Below, piece after piece: positions 18,220 through 27,753 of a stretch of 57,624 nt of DNA. Both the position numbers and the translations under genes were made by a program. Under the pieces are notes generated by a model that was not told the DNA's origin, did not search any database, and was given only the letters and a program-made list of their open reading frames with translations. The stretch is from an uncultured Chitinophagales bacterium (GTDB taxonomy: Bacteria; Bacteroidota; Bacteroidia; Chitinophagales; BACL12), in NCBI GenBank assembly GCA_964429745.1, contig CAYSDI010000009.1, positions 1 to 57,624 on the forward strand. The letters are read 5' to 3'. Within the stretch, counting starts at the first letter, position 1, and each line of letters begins with the position of its first letter.

Positions 18220-18319
18220 CTCAAGCGTACTTCGGGCGAAGGGCTCCGGTTTCCGGGCAGCGTTGTGGGTTTAGCAGGTTGAGTTTCATGACTTTAGCAA
18301 ACGGATTAGCATTTGCGCT

Positions 18320-18832
18320 TTAGCCGATCACCGCTCCGAGCAAAGCGGCCATTCCCCAGACAAACAGGCCAATAAACAAGAGCGGAAGCAGCACGATCAG
18401 CACGGCCGCCGCCGCTACATAGGGAAGTGCCGGTTTTGTGGACTTGCCCTGGCGGTGGTGTTGCAGGAGGAGCTTCAAATTGCGGCGGTTGGCTTTGTAG
18501 GCTACATCGAAGAGATCGCCCAGAATGGGGATGGCGCCGATAAGCGCATCGAGCGCCATATTGCCCACCATGCGCAACAGCAACGGCCCGCTGACCCCAT
18601 GGCGAAACATGGCCAACACCAATCCGCCCGAAATAACCAGCGAAACCCCTTCGCCCAAACCCGGAACAAGCCCGATAATGGCATCAAGCCCAAAGCGAAA
18701 TTGGGTGCCGGGAATCCGAAACGCTGTATCCATCAGGCGCGTCAACTGGTCCAGGTAGTGCAGAGCTTCCGGCACTGGATAACCATCCAGGGTCTGCGGC
18801 GCTGGCTTTTTTGGATCGTGGTTTGTTGACAT
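18320..18832 (-). CDS. DUF4112-family membrane protein
   Basis: 170 aa. Contains FRFGLDAIIGLVPGLGEGVSLVISG and ALDALIGAIPILGDLFDVAYKAN, plus a C-terminal TM segment. Confidence 0.7.
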   Translation of the reverse strand: MSTNHDPKKPAPQTLDGYPVPEALHYLDQLTRLMDTAFRIPGTQFRFGLDAIIGLVPGLGEGVSLVISGGLVLAMFRHGVSGPLLLRMVGNMALDALIGAIPILGDLFDVAYKANRRNLKLLLQHHRQGKSTKPALPYVAAAAVLIVLLPLLFIGLFVWGMAALLGAVIG

Positions 18833-18857
18833 AACTTATGATATGTTTAACCAGTGC

Positions 18858-19553
18858 TCAGGTGTATTCCTTTCGCCAGGTGGCTGTTAACTGGGGCAGG
18901 CCCAACGCCGCCGTCTGGGGAATGCGCTGGAGGTTGGACACGCTGGACACTGCGGGAAGGTTTGGATCAACCAGGTATTTGGGGATGTTCGCAGGTGCGT
19001 AGTGCAAGAGCGATGCAGCCGGATAGACCGCCAGCGAGGTGCCCACCACCACGAGCAGGTCGGCGGTGATGACGTGTCGGATGGCAAGTTCCATCATGGG
19101 CACAGCTTCGCCAAACCAGACAATGTGCGGGCGCAGTGCACTCCCCAGCGAGCATCTATCGCTCCCGTGCAGGTCTTCCGTCCAGTCGTAAATCAACTGT
19201 TCATCTCGCGTGCTGCGGACCTTCAAAATTTCGCCGTGCAGGTGCAACACATTAGTTGAGCCGGCGCGTTCATGCAGGTCGTCGATGTTTTGCGTGATGA
19301 TTTGTACGGAAAACACATCTTCTAAAGAAGCCAGGCAACGGTGGCCTTCGTTGGGCTCCGCGCTCCGGATCTGCTGTCGGCGCTTGTTGTAAAAATCGAG
19401 CACCAACGCAGGATTGCGCGCCCAACCTTCCGGCGACGCCACATCTTCGATGTTGTGGTTTTCCCATAATCCGTCGCTGGCGCGGAACGTCGGGATTCCA
19501 CTTTCAGCGCTCATGCCTGCGCCACTCAATACCACCAGTTTCTTTTGAGTCAT
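18858..19553 (-). CDS. cobB: Sir2-family NAD-dependent protein deacylase
   Basis: Contains GAGMSAESGIPTFR, QNIDDLHERAG, HLHG and VVVGTSLAVYPAA. The start is taken at MTQKKLVVLSGAG (19553). The usual two CxxC zinc-ribbon pairs are not visible. Confidence 0.85.
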   Translation of the reverse strand: MTQKKLVVLSGAGMSAESGIPTFRASDGLWENHNIEDVASPEGWARNPALVLDFYNKRRQQIRSAEPNEGHRCLASLEDVFSVQIITQNIDDLHERAGSTNVLHLHGEILKVRSTRDEQLIYDWTEDLHGSDRCSLGSALRPHIVWFGEAVPMMELAIRHVITADLLVVVGTSLAVYPAASLLHYAPANIPKYLVDPNLPAVSSVSNLQRIPQTAALGLPQLTATWRKEYT

Positions 19554-19590
19554 CCGGTTTCGAAAAAGTAATGCAAAAAAGTAATAAAAG

Positions 19591-21063
19591 TTATGTAAGC
19601 AGTTTGCGAACCACAGGAAGTTCACGAATCAGGTCACTGGCCAACAGCCCGGCCTGACCCAAAGTTGCTGCCGCGCGATCTCCGGCAAGGCCGTGCCAGC
19701 ACACACCGGCAACAGCGGCCTTTTCCGGAGCAAGGCCTTGCGCCCGCAAGGCTGCAATTATCCCGGTCAGCACGTCGCCACTGCCGGCTGTTGCCATGCC
19801 GGGATTGCCGCTGGAATTGAAGAAGCAATGTCCTTCCGGAGTAGCGGTGACGCTGTGCGCACCCTTTAGAACAATCGTGCACTGCAGGCGGGTTGCTGCA
19901 GCCCGCAAGCGCTCCACCCGATCAAATCCATTCGCCGAGCCTCCAAACAAGCGACGAAACTCGCCGGGGTGGGGGGTCAGGATGGAACCTGGAGGCAGCT
20001 TTTCTAATAAGTCCGGGTGCGCTGCCAGCAGATTGAGCGCATCAGCATCCAAAATCGGGGGAATGGCCGCTGTGGTCAGGATCAACTCCAGTTGTTGCTT
20101 CGCAGACTCGTCCTGTCCCATTCCGGGTCCTATGGCAACCACGGCGGAGGCCAGTTGTCCTGCCGGGTCGGTGAGGTGCATAATTTCAGGGGTCCGGGGA
20201 CAGTGATCCATCCCGGGGCTGGTTAGCCAACAGCTCGCCAGTCCTGCTCCGGCGCGCAAAGCCGCTTCTGCAGCCAACCAGGCTGCTCCCCGCATGCCGG
20301 CCCTTCCCCCGACAACGAGTACGTGACCGTACAAATTTTTGTGGCCAAAATGCTGGCGCTGTGGAAAACTCGCTTCCAGATCAGAAGTTTCCACCCAAAA
20401 ATCCGGGCTAGGCAGGGTGTCCGAGAGCCCGGGAAACCATCCGATGGGAAGCCAATCCCAGGCTTGGCAATACGGCGTGGAATCGGGCAGGAGCAGGGCT
20501 TTTTTCGGACCTGCAAAGCCCAGACAACGGGACGCGCGAACTACTGTGCCCGAGCTGGGAGCGTCGGCAAATAGGCCGCTGGGCAGGTCAATGGAAACAA
20601 CTTCTGCGCCACTGGCATTCAAGCGTTCCACTACCGTTTCAACGAGGCCTTGCAACGGTCGGTTCAGGCCTGAACCGAAAAGCGCATCAATGACAAGGGT
20701 GGAGGGCTCAATCGGGTTCCAGTCGCTGGTGTTCCTGATGTTGGCTAAGGGCGGGTGAAGACGCTCCAACCGCTCCAGGTTCAGCCTAAAATCGTCCGAG
20801 CCGGACTCCTGAATCCAGATGATGCGCACGCTGATGGAGTAGCCCGCCTGAATCAAATGACGCGCAACAGCTAATCCGTCACCGCCATTGTTTCCGGTTC
20901 CGGCAAGGATAAGCACGGGCCGCCCACTTGGATAATGCAACTGAAACCACTGGCTGAATACCCGCGACGCACGCTCCATCAAATCAATGGAAGAGATGGG
21001 TTCGCGCTTGATAGTCTCCTGGTCCATCCAGCGAACCTGATCTTGATTTAATACTTTAAGCAT
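19591..21063 (-). CDS. nnr: Bifunctional NAD(P)H-hydrate epimerase/dehydratase
   Basis: 490 aa. The N-terminal part is YjeF_N (GTGNNGGDGL). The C-terminal part is the ADP-dependent dehydratase (GPGMG, GSGDVLTG). Confidence 0.9.
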   Translation of the reverse strand: MLKVLNQDQVRWMDQETIKREPISSIDLMERASRVFSQWFQLHYPSGRPVLILAGTGNNGGDGLAVARHLIQAGYSISVRIIWIQESGSDDFRLNLERLERLHPPLANIRNTSDWNPIEPSTLVIDALFGSGLNRPLQGLVETVVERLNASGAEVVSIDLPSGLFADAPSSGTVVRASRCLGFAGPKKALLLPDSTPYCQAWDWLPIGWFPGLSDTLPSPDFWVETSDLEASFPQRQHFGHKNLYGHVLVVGGRAGMRGAAWLAAEAALRAGAGLASCWLTSPGMDHCPRTPEIMHLTDPAGQLASAVVAIGPGMGQDESAKQQLELILTTAAIPPILDADALNLLAAHPDLLEKLPPGSILTPHPGEFRRLFGGSANGFDRVERLRAAATRLQCTIVLKGAHSVTATPEGHCFFNSSGNPGMATAGSGDVLTGIIAALRAQGLAPEKAAVAGVCWHGLAGDRAAATLGQAGLLASDLIRELPVVRKLLT

Positions 21064-21832
21064 TCCAATTTAATCGTTTGATATGCCGTAGTTTATGAGT
21101 GTACTTTTTCTTTTCGGAGTGAAAAATACCATGTGTGTCCAGCGCGTCGATGCGCACACTTCCGGAGGCGTGGAGAATGCGACCGGGACCGCAGAGCATG
21201 CCAACGTGAACAATTCGACCTTCTTCGTTTTCAAAGAATGCCAGGTCGCCTTCGGCTGCCTGGTACACAAAGTCCACCGTTTCACCCACCAAGGCCTGGT
21301 CAGAGGCATCCCGGGGAAGGGAGACGCCCGCAGTTTTGCAAACCACTTGAACCAGCCCCGAACAGTCGATTCCAAATGGCGTTTTACCCCCCCACAAATA
21401 GGGCGCGCCAAGGAATTTGTTGGCCACTTTAACGGCAAACGCAGCGGCCGGTGTTACCGCGCCAGCCTCGACCGCCTGCCCGTTAAAGACGAACTTTTCC
21501 TGTTGCAATTTGAAGTTCAACCCGTCAAATTGTGGCAGGATACTGCCCAAAACCAGCAAAACATGGCGGTCTCTACTGGTAGCACTCTGCACCAAATCAA
21601 GCGTGCACCAGGGTAATTCTGACGGGGAAAGGGAGTTTTTAAGCAGCCGCGACTGCGAGCGTTCTAACCAGCCTTCGTACCCGTCAGAATCAATCCGGAT
21701 TTGGAGCCATTCGCCCTCTTCGCGGAGCAATTCCCAGGTTTCGCCAAACAATAATTGCGTCACCATTTCGCTTTTATGGGAGGGTTCCCGGCGAACTGGA
21801 ATAACGCTAAAAGTGCATAAGCCATGATTCAT
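21056..21832 (-). CDS. NlpC/P60 (C40) peptidoglycan endopeptidase with N-terminal SH3-like domain
   Basis: Contains PYLWGGKTPFGIDCSGLV (catalytic Cys) and GRIVHVGM (His). The N-terminus CTFSVIPVRREPSHKSEMVTQLLFGE is typical of this family. The start is ambiguous (21832 or 21859). It overlaps the nnr start by 8 nt. Confidence 0.8.
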   Translation of the reverse strand: MNHGLCTFSVIPVRREPSHKSEMVTQLLFGETWELLREEGEWLQIRIDSDGYEGWLERSQSRLLKNSLSPSELPWCTLDLVQSATSRDRHVLLVLGSILPQFDGLNFKLQQEKFVFNGQAVEAGAVTPAAAFAVKVANKFLGAPYLWGGKTPFGIDCSGLVQVVCKTAGVSLPRDASDQALVGETVDFVYQAAEGDLAFFENEEGRIVHVGMLCGPGRILHASGSVRIDALDTHGIFHSEKKKYTHKLRHIKRLNWNA

Positions 21833-21978
21833 ATGGTCCCAATTTAGGCATTTGTCCACACCGCTAAAGTTGTGGGTAAAAATGGGGAGAAAGGCATCGG
21901 AAATCCCAACCTTCTCCGTACCTTGGTTGTGGGAAACAGGGAGGCTTAACGTACACGTAACGAATACTTTACACTCGA

Positions 21979-24900
21979 ATGCAATTGTGGCTTTCCACTG
22001 TTATAAATAGGTTTGAGCGTCGCATCTTCTTCAGATTAATCGTATTGATTTTTCTGGTCGGGGGTTCTTTGTACTCATCCAACGGGCAAATCACGGCAAA
22101 CTTTACCGCAGACTCCACCACTGGCTGTGAGCAGCTTTTGGTGAACTTCAGTGATTTGTCTACAGGTACCGTCACCTCCTGGACCTGGGCTATTTACAAC
22201 GATGCCGGTGCGGTCGTGGGGTTTTCTTCTTTAGAGGATCCAAGTTTCGTTTTTGACATCCCAGGTAGCTACGATGTTGAACTGACGGTCTGTGGACCTG
22301 CCGGATGCGACACGCGTTATTTGACTGATTACCTCCTGCTCTTTGAGGCGCCGGACGTGCTTTATACGGCTTCCGCCTTTTCTGGTTGCCCACCGATCAA
22401 CATCAGCTTTACGGACTTGACCACGTACGCGTCCGGGGCGTTTCTCAACCGATTTTGGGTTATAGAAGGGGGACCGTTGCTGCCAACATCCTCAACCATC
22501 AATTATACGTTTACCGCACCGGGCATTTACGATGTGTTGCTTTTAATTGAAGACGACAACGGGTGCAGCGCTTTTTTCGAAGACTCTGTAGAGATATTCG
22601 CTCCACCTACAGCGGTTCTCTCTGCTACGGACTATTCGGCCTGCAATCCTCCTCTTGCCACGACCTTTTCAGCAGCGGTTACCGGAACGCCGCCCTACCT
22701 GTATAGTTGGAATTTCGGAGATGGCGGCACGTCTGCATTGCCATCACCATCGCATACCTACAGCAGTTCCGGGAGCTTTGACGTGAGCCTCACGATCACT
22801 GATGGTCAAGGTTGCGTAGCCACAATTTCGGAGCTTGCTTTTATAGAGGTTTTTCCGGCTGATGTCCAGTTTACCTCCGCCACTCCTGTTGGTTGTGTCG
22901 GCCAGCCCCTTGATTTTATTAATACCAGCACACCCAGTTCGGGAACCTGGGTTTGGAATTTTGGCGATGGCGGGCCAGTCTCCGGGTTTTTCTCCCCGAG
23001 TCACACGTATGCAACTCCCGGCACCTACACGGTTAGCCTGTTGGGCAGTTTTGGCAGTGGTTGCTCGGACAACTTCAGCCAGATCATTACTGTTCAAAAT
23101 CCTCCCACGGGAGACTTTACGGCATCGACTACTGAAGATTGTCAAGTTCCCGCAACCATCTCGTTCAGCAGTATTCCAGGGGCTACCGTGGCCTCCTACC
23201 TTTGGACTTTCGGTGACGGCAGCACGTCTGTTGTGGCGAACCCAAGCCACACCTACACGGCTTATGGTTCCTACACGGTAACGTTGACCATGTTTGATGC
23301 CGCGGGGTGTTCCGTTGTGGTCACTAAAAACAATTACCTCTCCATTCAACCGCTAGACGTAGGGTTTGTCTTGGATCCAGAGGACGGTTGTGCACCATTG
23401 ACGATTTTGTTTTCGGACACCACAAGCAGCCCTTCGCCAATAGTCAATTGGTTATGGTCCTTTGGTACCGGTGCCACTGCCACCGCAGCTTCACCCAGCT
23501 ATACCTACATCACCCCTGGCTGTTATGATGTTTCCTTGACGGTCACCACCGCTACCGGTTGCACCGCCACTTTGTTGGAACCGGGTTTTGCCTGCACAGG
23601 CAGCGACAACACGGCGTTTTTTACCGTGCCTGATACCTCCTGTCCTGCCGTGCTTGTCGGGGTTGGAACCGCCGGTTTGGATGCCGTGGAAGTATTTGTA
23701 GATGGCGGATTGCTCACGACAATTCCGAATCCAGCGGATCCGATGCTGATCCCGAATATTCCCAATGGTTTGCACGATTTAATGCTGATTTCCTATGACA
23801 ACGGCTGTCCGGATACCCTGGAGACTTCCATCTACATTCTGGCTCCCATTGACTCGGTGATCAACGTCATACGGGATTGCGCCAATCCTTACCAGGTAAC
23901 GTTTATCCTTCAGCCTTCCGTGGCAGATTCGTCTTGCGGCTGGGAATGGGATTTGGGCGATGGCACCATTATCGCCAACGTGGATACCCTGGTGTATACC
24001 TATGCCGCTCCAGGCTTCTATGTGCTGAACATAGAGGTGTTTTGCTTGGATCTCGGTGCATGCGGAACATTGGCTGCTGGCGGCTTGACGATCACCGATC
24101 CTGTCGCTGATTTTACACCAGCAATCGATTTTAGTTGCAGTTACCCGGTTGCCATAAACTTTGAGGACCTTTCCACCGATGGCTTCAACGATGACCTAAT
24201 CTATGCCTGGTCGTTTGGCGACGGGGGCACTGCTTTTGTCTCTGGACCCACCCGAAATTTTACCACACCAGGAGAGTTCGTGGTCAGCGTGGTCATTACA
24301 GATGTGAATGGTTGCACCGACTCGCACAGCGACACGGTTAACATCAGTCAATTGCAGGCAGATTTAAGTTGGATAGCGCTTTGTTCCCCCTTGGATGTGG
24401 AAATAACAGATGCAACGGTTGCTGTCGGCGGCGACATCACCTCCTGGTCCATTGACTACGGCGATGGCACGAGTTCAGTAATTGTGCCACCGGCGTCGCT
24501 TGGCACGGTAATTCATACATACCCAACGGAAGGGGACTTTAACGTGCAGTTGTTGGTCTTCAACGAATTTGGTTGCTCGGATATTGTCCTGGTCGAAGTA
24601 AGCAATACCTTCCTGCGGCCTGATTTTTTAGTGAATGATGCGTTCCCCTGTGCGGGGCAGTCGATCAATTTTATCAACCTGAGCATTGGAACCGGGCTTA
24701 CTTATTTCTGGGATTTTGGCGTTCCCGGTGCCACGGATGATACCAGCAACGTCTATGAACCTTCGTATTCTTATCCTTATGTGGGAACCTTTAGCCCTTC
24801 TTTGGTCATTACTGACGTGAATGGTTGCACACAATCGCTGGTCCTGCCGGATTTGATTACCACGGACACCATCGTGGTGGAACCTTTCACCTGGACTACC

Positions 24901-26655
24901 CTGATTGAAAACTGCAATTTTGCGCTCGTGGAATTTCAGCCAAGTCCGTTGGACACAACCGAAGCATGTGACTACTTCTGGAACTTTGGCGATGGTGGAG
25001 TTTCCATAGAACGAACCCCCATTTATCCCTACGTATTGGCCGGTGAATACAATGTTTCGCTGACCATCACCAATTGCAATGGTTGTACAGACCTCTACAC
25101 CCTGAGCAATGCTATAACGGTGATCGGTCCTTTTGGCAACTTCTCCGTTTCGGATGACAGCATCTGCATTGGCCAAACCATTGTCTTTTTAGCCAACGTG
25201 GTCAAATCGGACTCTATCTTCCTGTTTGCAGGCAACGGTGATGTCTTTGGAACAGATATTCCCTTCAGCGATTCGGTCAGTACCCATATTCTGACCTATG
25301 CCTACAGTATTCCCGGCATTTACACTCCTCAAATTGTAATCAAGGACACCACTGGATGTTTTTCCGTGTTGACTGGAGATAGCATTTTCGTGGGATCACC
25401 TTCGGTTGCAGCGTTTGACCTGCCAATCGTTGAGGCGTGTCTGGGAGGGGAGTTTCCGCTCATTGACCTAACCGTTGCTGTGGATCCAATTACCGGGCTA
25501 AGTTGGAGTTTTACCGATACGCTGCTACTTGGAGTGGTTGCGGACACCACTTTTTTTATTCCGCTCGCCGCCGGACTATACCCCTTTCAGTTGCTGGTTC
25601 AAACTGCCTTCGGTTGCGTGGACTCTGCTGCTGGTTCTTTCAATGTCTTACCGCTACCGACCATTGGGATCAGTCCGGATACGTCTATTTGTCCAGGCTT
25701 GAGTACTCAGTTATTAGCCAGTGGTGGCGTTGCCTACACCTGGTCGCCTGCTATTGGACTGAGCGATCCCTTCCTTGCCAACCCCGTCGCCAACCCGGTC
25801 CTAACCACGACATATACCGTAATCGTAGATGACGGCAGTTGCGTGGATTCCGCGCAGGTGACGGTGACTGCCGTGGAGGACTTGTCAATTGTCTTTGGTA
25901 CCGATACTACGCTATGCCTGGGACAATCGGCGCCGCTTTTTGTCCAATTGCCTACCGGACTTCCTGGTGCCGTGCTCTGGATATGGAGCCCGGTGGAAGG
26001 CCTGGATGACCAAACCAGCCTGACTCCTATCGCCACTCCTTTAGCCACAACCACCTACACGATCAGTGTCAGTTGTGGAAACCTGATCAGCTTTGGAGAA
26101 GTGAATGTCGTGATCAATGATCCGCCGCTGGCTACCATCGCGCAGGGAGACACCACGATTTTTCCCGGAGAGTCCGTGTCGCTTCCCACTGTTGTTGGGG
26201 GGGGTGGGGGTCTGTACAGCTATATCTGGACACCGCCCATTGATTTGACCTGCGCGGATTGCGACAATCCGGTGTCAACGCCAAACAGTGACATAGAGTA
26301 TGTTTTGTTTGTTCAGGATCAATTCGGGTGCAGCGACAGTGCCAGTGTCCGAATAGATTTGCGCGAAGATTGTGGAGAAGGCGTTTTCGAAATTGCCAAC
26401 ATCATCACGCCAAATGGGGATGGGGCAAACGATGCCTTCAGTTTTCGCTACGAAGGCATTTCTGAAATATTGTCCATTCGCATTTTTGATCGCTGGGGGG
26501 CAATTGTGTTTGAAACCCAGGACGTAGAAACGCTGTGGAACGGAACTTGCAGCGGCAAATTCTGCACACCTGGGGTTTACGTTTATACCATTGAAGCCGT
26601 TTGCGACAACTTGGTCAAAACAATCTTGGCCGGAAACGTCACGCTGATCCGATGA
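21979..26655 (+). CDS. Giant cell-surface protein: signal peptide, ~12 PKD-like repeats, Ig-like repeats, type-B T9SS C-terminal sorting domain
   Basis: 1558 aa. The module W.FGDGG(T/S)...PSHTY...G.Y.V.L...D..GC recurs about a dozen times. Three ICPG...YTWSP...TTTY...D..C repeats follow. The C-terminus NIITPNGDGANDAFSF...FDRWGAIVFE...WNG...PGVYVYTI is the gliding-motility/CHU_C-type CTD. Confidence 0.9.
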   Translation: MQLWLSTVINRFERRIFFRLIVLIFLVGGSLYSSNGQITANFTADSTTGCEQLLVNFSDLSTGTVTSWTWAIYNDAGAVVGFSSLEDPSFVFDIPGSYDVELTVCGPAGCDTRYLTDYLLLFEAPDVLYTASAFSGCPPINISFTDLTTYASGAFLNRFWVIEGGPLLPTSSTINYTFTAPGIYDVLLLIEDDNGCSAFFEDSVEIFAPPTAVLSATDYSACNPPLATTFSAAVTGTPPYLYSWNFGDGGTSALPSPSHTYSSSGSFDVSLTITDGQGCVATISELAFIEVFPADVQFTSATPVGCVGQPLDFINTSTPSSGTWVWNFGDGGPVSGFFSPSHTYATPGTYTVSLLGSFGSGCSDNFSQIITVQNPPTGDFTASTTEDCQVPATISFSSIPGATVASYLWTFGDGSTSVVANPSHTYTAYGSYTVTLTMFDAAGCSVVVTKNNYLSIQPLDVGFVLDPEDGCAPLTILFSDTTSSPSPIVNWLWSFGTGATATAASPSYTYITPGCYDVSLTVTTATGCTATLLEPGFACTGSDNTAFFTVPDTSCPAVLVGVGTAGLDAVEVFVDGGLLTTIPNPADPMLIPNIPNGLHDLMLISYDNGCPDTLETSIYILAPIDSVINVIRDCANPYQVTFILQPSVADSSCGWEWDLGDGTIIANVDTLVYTYAAPGFYVLNIEVFCLDLGACGTLAAGGLTITDPVADFTPAIDFSCSYPVAINFEDLSTDGFNDDLIYAWSFGDGGTAFVSGPTRNFTTPGEFVVSVVITDVNGCTDSHSDTVNISQLQADLSWIALCSPLDVEITDATVAVGGDITSWSIDYGDGTSSVIVPPASLGTVIHTYPTEGDFNVQLLVFNEFGCSDIVLVEVSNTFLRPDFLVNDAFPCAGQSINFINLSIGTGLTYFWDFGVPGATDDTSNVYEPSYSYPYVGTFSPSLVITDVNGCTQSLVLPDLITTDTIVVEPFTWTTLIENCNFALVEFQPSPLDTTEACDYFWNFGDGGVSIERTPIYPYVLAGEYNVSLTITNCNGCTDLYTLSNAITVIGPFGNFSVSDDSICIGQTIVFLANVVKSDSIFLFAGNGDVFGTDIPFSDSVSTHILTYAYSIPGIYTPQIVIKDTTGCFSVLTGDSIFVGSPSVAAFDLPIVEACLGGEFPLIDLTVAVDPITGLSWSFTDTLLLGVVADTTFFIPLAAGLYPFQLLVQTAFGCVDSAAGSFNVLPLPTIGISPDTSICPGLSTQLLASGGVAYTWSPAIGLSDPFLANPVANPVLTTTYTVIVDDGSCVDSAQVTVTAVEDLSIVFGTDTTLCLGQSAPLFVQLPTGLPGAVLWIWSPVEGLDDQTSLTPIATPLATTTYTISVSCGNLISFGEVNVVINDPPLATIAQGDTTIFPGESVSLPTVVGGGGGLYSYIWTPPIDLTCADCDNPVSTPNSDIEYVLFVQDQFGCSDSASVRIDLREDCGEGVFEIANIITPNGDGANDAFSFRYEGISEILSIRIFDRWGAIVFETQDVETLWNGTCSGKFCTPGVYVYTIEAVCDNLVKTILAGNVTLIR

Positions 26656-27683
26656 AGTGCTTATCCCCCTGGCTGAATAATTTGCTGAGCCGTTTTACGC
26701 TCGCTTCGATGCTGTTGCTGACGGCGTCATCCCTGCGCGCTCAGGACTGGCATTTCTCTCAATTTCAGGGCAATCCGCTTGCGCTTGACCCCGCCATGGC
26801 CGGACTGTTCTCCGGTGATTTGCGTATTGGGTTGCAATACAGGAACCAATGGAATTTTGCCGCCAATTACCACACCATTTCCGCGGCAGCCGACGCTCCG
26901 CTGGTGCGTTTCAAGAATGAGGATTTTTTTGCGGGAAGTCTACAGATCATCAGCGATCAGGCTGGCGATCTTCGCTTCCGCACTACCTCCGTAAGTGCTG
27001 GTCTAGCCTACCACAAGCGCCTCGATCCTTATAAAAATCATTACTTGTCAGCAGGTTATCAGGCCGGGTATGCATTTCGGGCAGTAGACTACAGCCAAAT
27101 CGTGGCGTTTGATCCGGAACCGGCAGCTGTATTGGAAAACAACCAGTTCGGATTTTTGGACATGGCTGCGGGAGTCAATTGGTTTTTGGCGCCAAAAAGA
27201 AATCAGTTTGTCTACGCTGGCCTGGGAATGCATCACCTCAATCAGCCCGACCAGAGTTTCCAGCAAGACGGCTCAGCTCTGCTGGCCATGCGCGTTAATC
27301 TTTACGCAGGGGGCAGTGTACCCATATCATCCGCTGTGTTTCTGCAACCGGCATTGGTGTACTACAACCAAGGACCGCACCATGAACTAAATGCTGGGCT
27401 AAACCTGCGGTGGTGGCTTAACCAGGAGCAATCCATTTATCAAAAGGAGCGTGCTGTTGGAATGGGCGTATGGTACCGCGCAGCTGATGCCTTAATTGTC
27501 AGCACCCGTTTTGACTACGGCGATTTCCTGATTGGGCTGAGCTATGATATCAATTTTTCCAAACTTTCTCAGGTTTCCAATCTCAACGGAGGTCCGGAGG
27601 TTTCGCTGGTTTACATCCTCAATAGCGGAAGAGATGCTGGTGGATCGCTGCGCCAACAGATGTACTGTCCATCCTTCTTTTAA
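26652..27683 (+). CDS. PorP/SprF-family type IX secretion outer-membrane protein
   Basis: The start is taken at the ATG 26652, which overlaps the cargo gene stop (ATGA). It has a signal peptide, and the mature N-terminus QDWHFSQFQGNPLALDPAMAG is the PorP/SprF hallmark. Confidence 0.85.
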   Translation: MKCLSPWLNNLLSRFTLASMLLLTASSLRAQDWHFSQFQGNPLALDPAMAGLFSGDLRIGLQYRNQWNFAANYHTISAAADAPLVRFKNEDFFAGSLQIISDQAGDLRFRTTSVSAGLAYHKRLDPYKNHYLSAGYQAGYAFRAVDYSQIVAFDPEPAAVLENNQFGFLDMAAGVNWFLAPKRNQFVYAGLGMHHLNQPDQSFQQDGSALLAMRVNLYAGGSVPISSAVFLQPALVYYNQGPHHELNAGLNLRWWLNQEQSIYQKERAVGMGVWYRAADALIVSTRFDYGDFLIGLSYDINFSKLSQVSNLNGGPEVSLVYILNSGRDAGGSLRQQMYCPSFF

Positions 27684-27730
27684 GGGTATTCCTATCAACC
27701 CCATATCCTGCGTTAGGCCCATTTTTTTGG
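27681..27730. repeat. MITE/REP-like element, solo left arm (copy B)
   Basis: TAAGGGTATTCCTATCAACCCCATATCCTGCGTTAGGCC matches the left arm of copy A (18086-18120) and the reverse complement of copy C (54099-54063). It begins at the PorP/SprF stop codon. Confidence 0.6.
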
Positions 27731-27753
27731 ACATCCTCCTATGTGCCGTTCAC

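Noticed and set aside
18858-19553. The Sir2-family protein could be a defence-associated NADase (Thoeris/DSR-like).
   Set aside because: It is a short stand-alone sirtuin with canonical deacylase motifs and no sensor or partner genes. It sits in a housekeeping operon with nnr.
22100-25200. Regularly repeating sequence in the large gene might be mistaken for a CRISPR array or a tandem DNA repeat.
   Set aside because: The periodicity is at the protein level: PKD-like modules of roughly 80-90 aa with divergent DNA, all within one uninterrupted 4.7-kb ORF. There are no short identical direct repeats with unique spacers.
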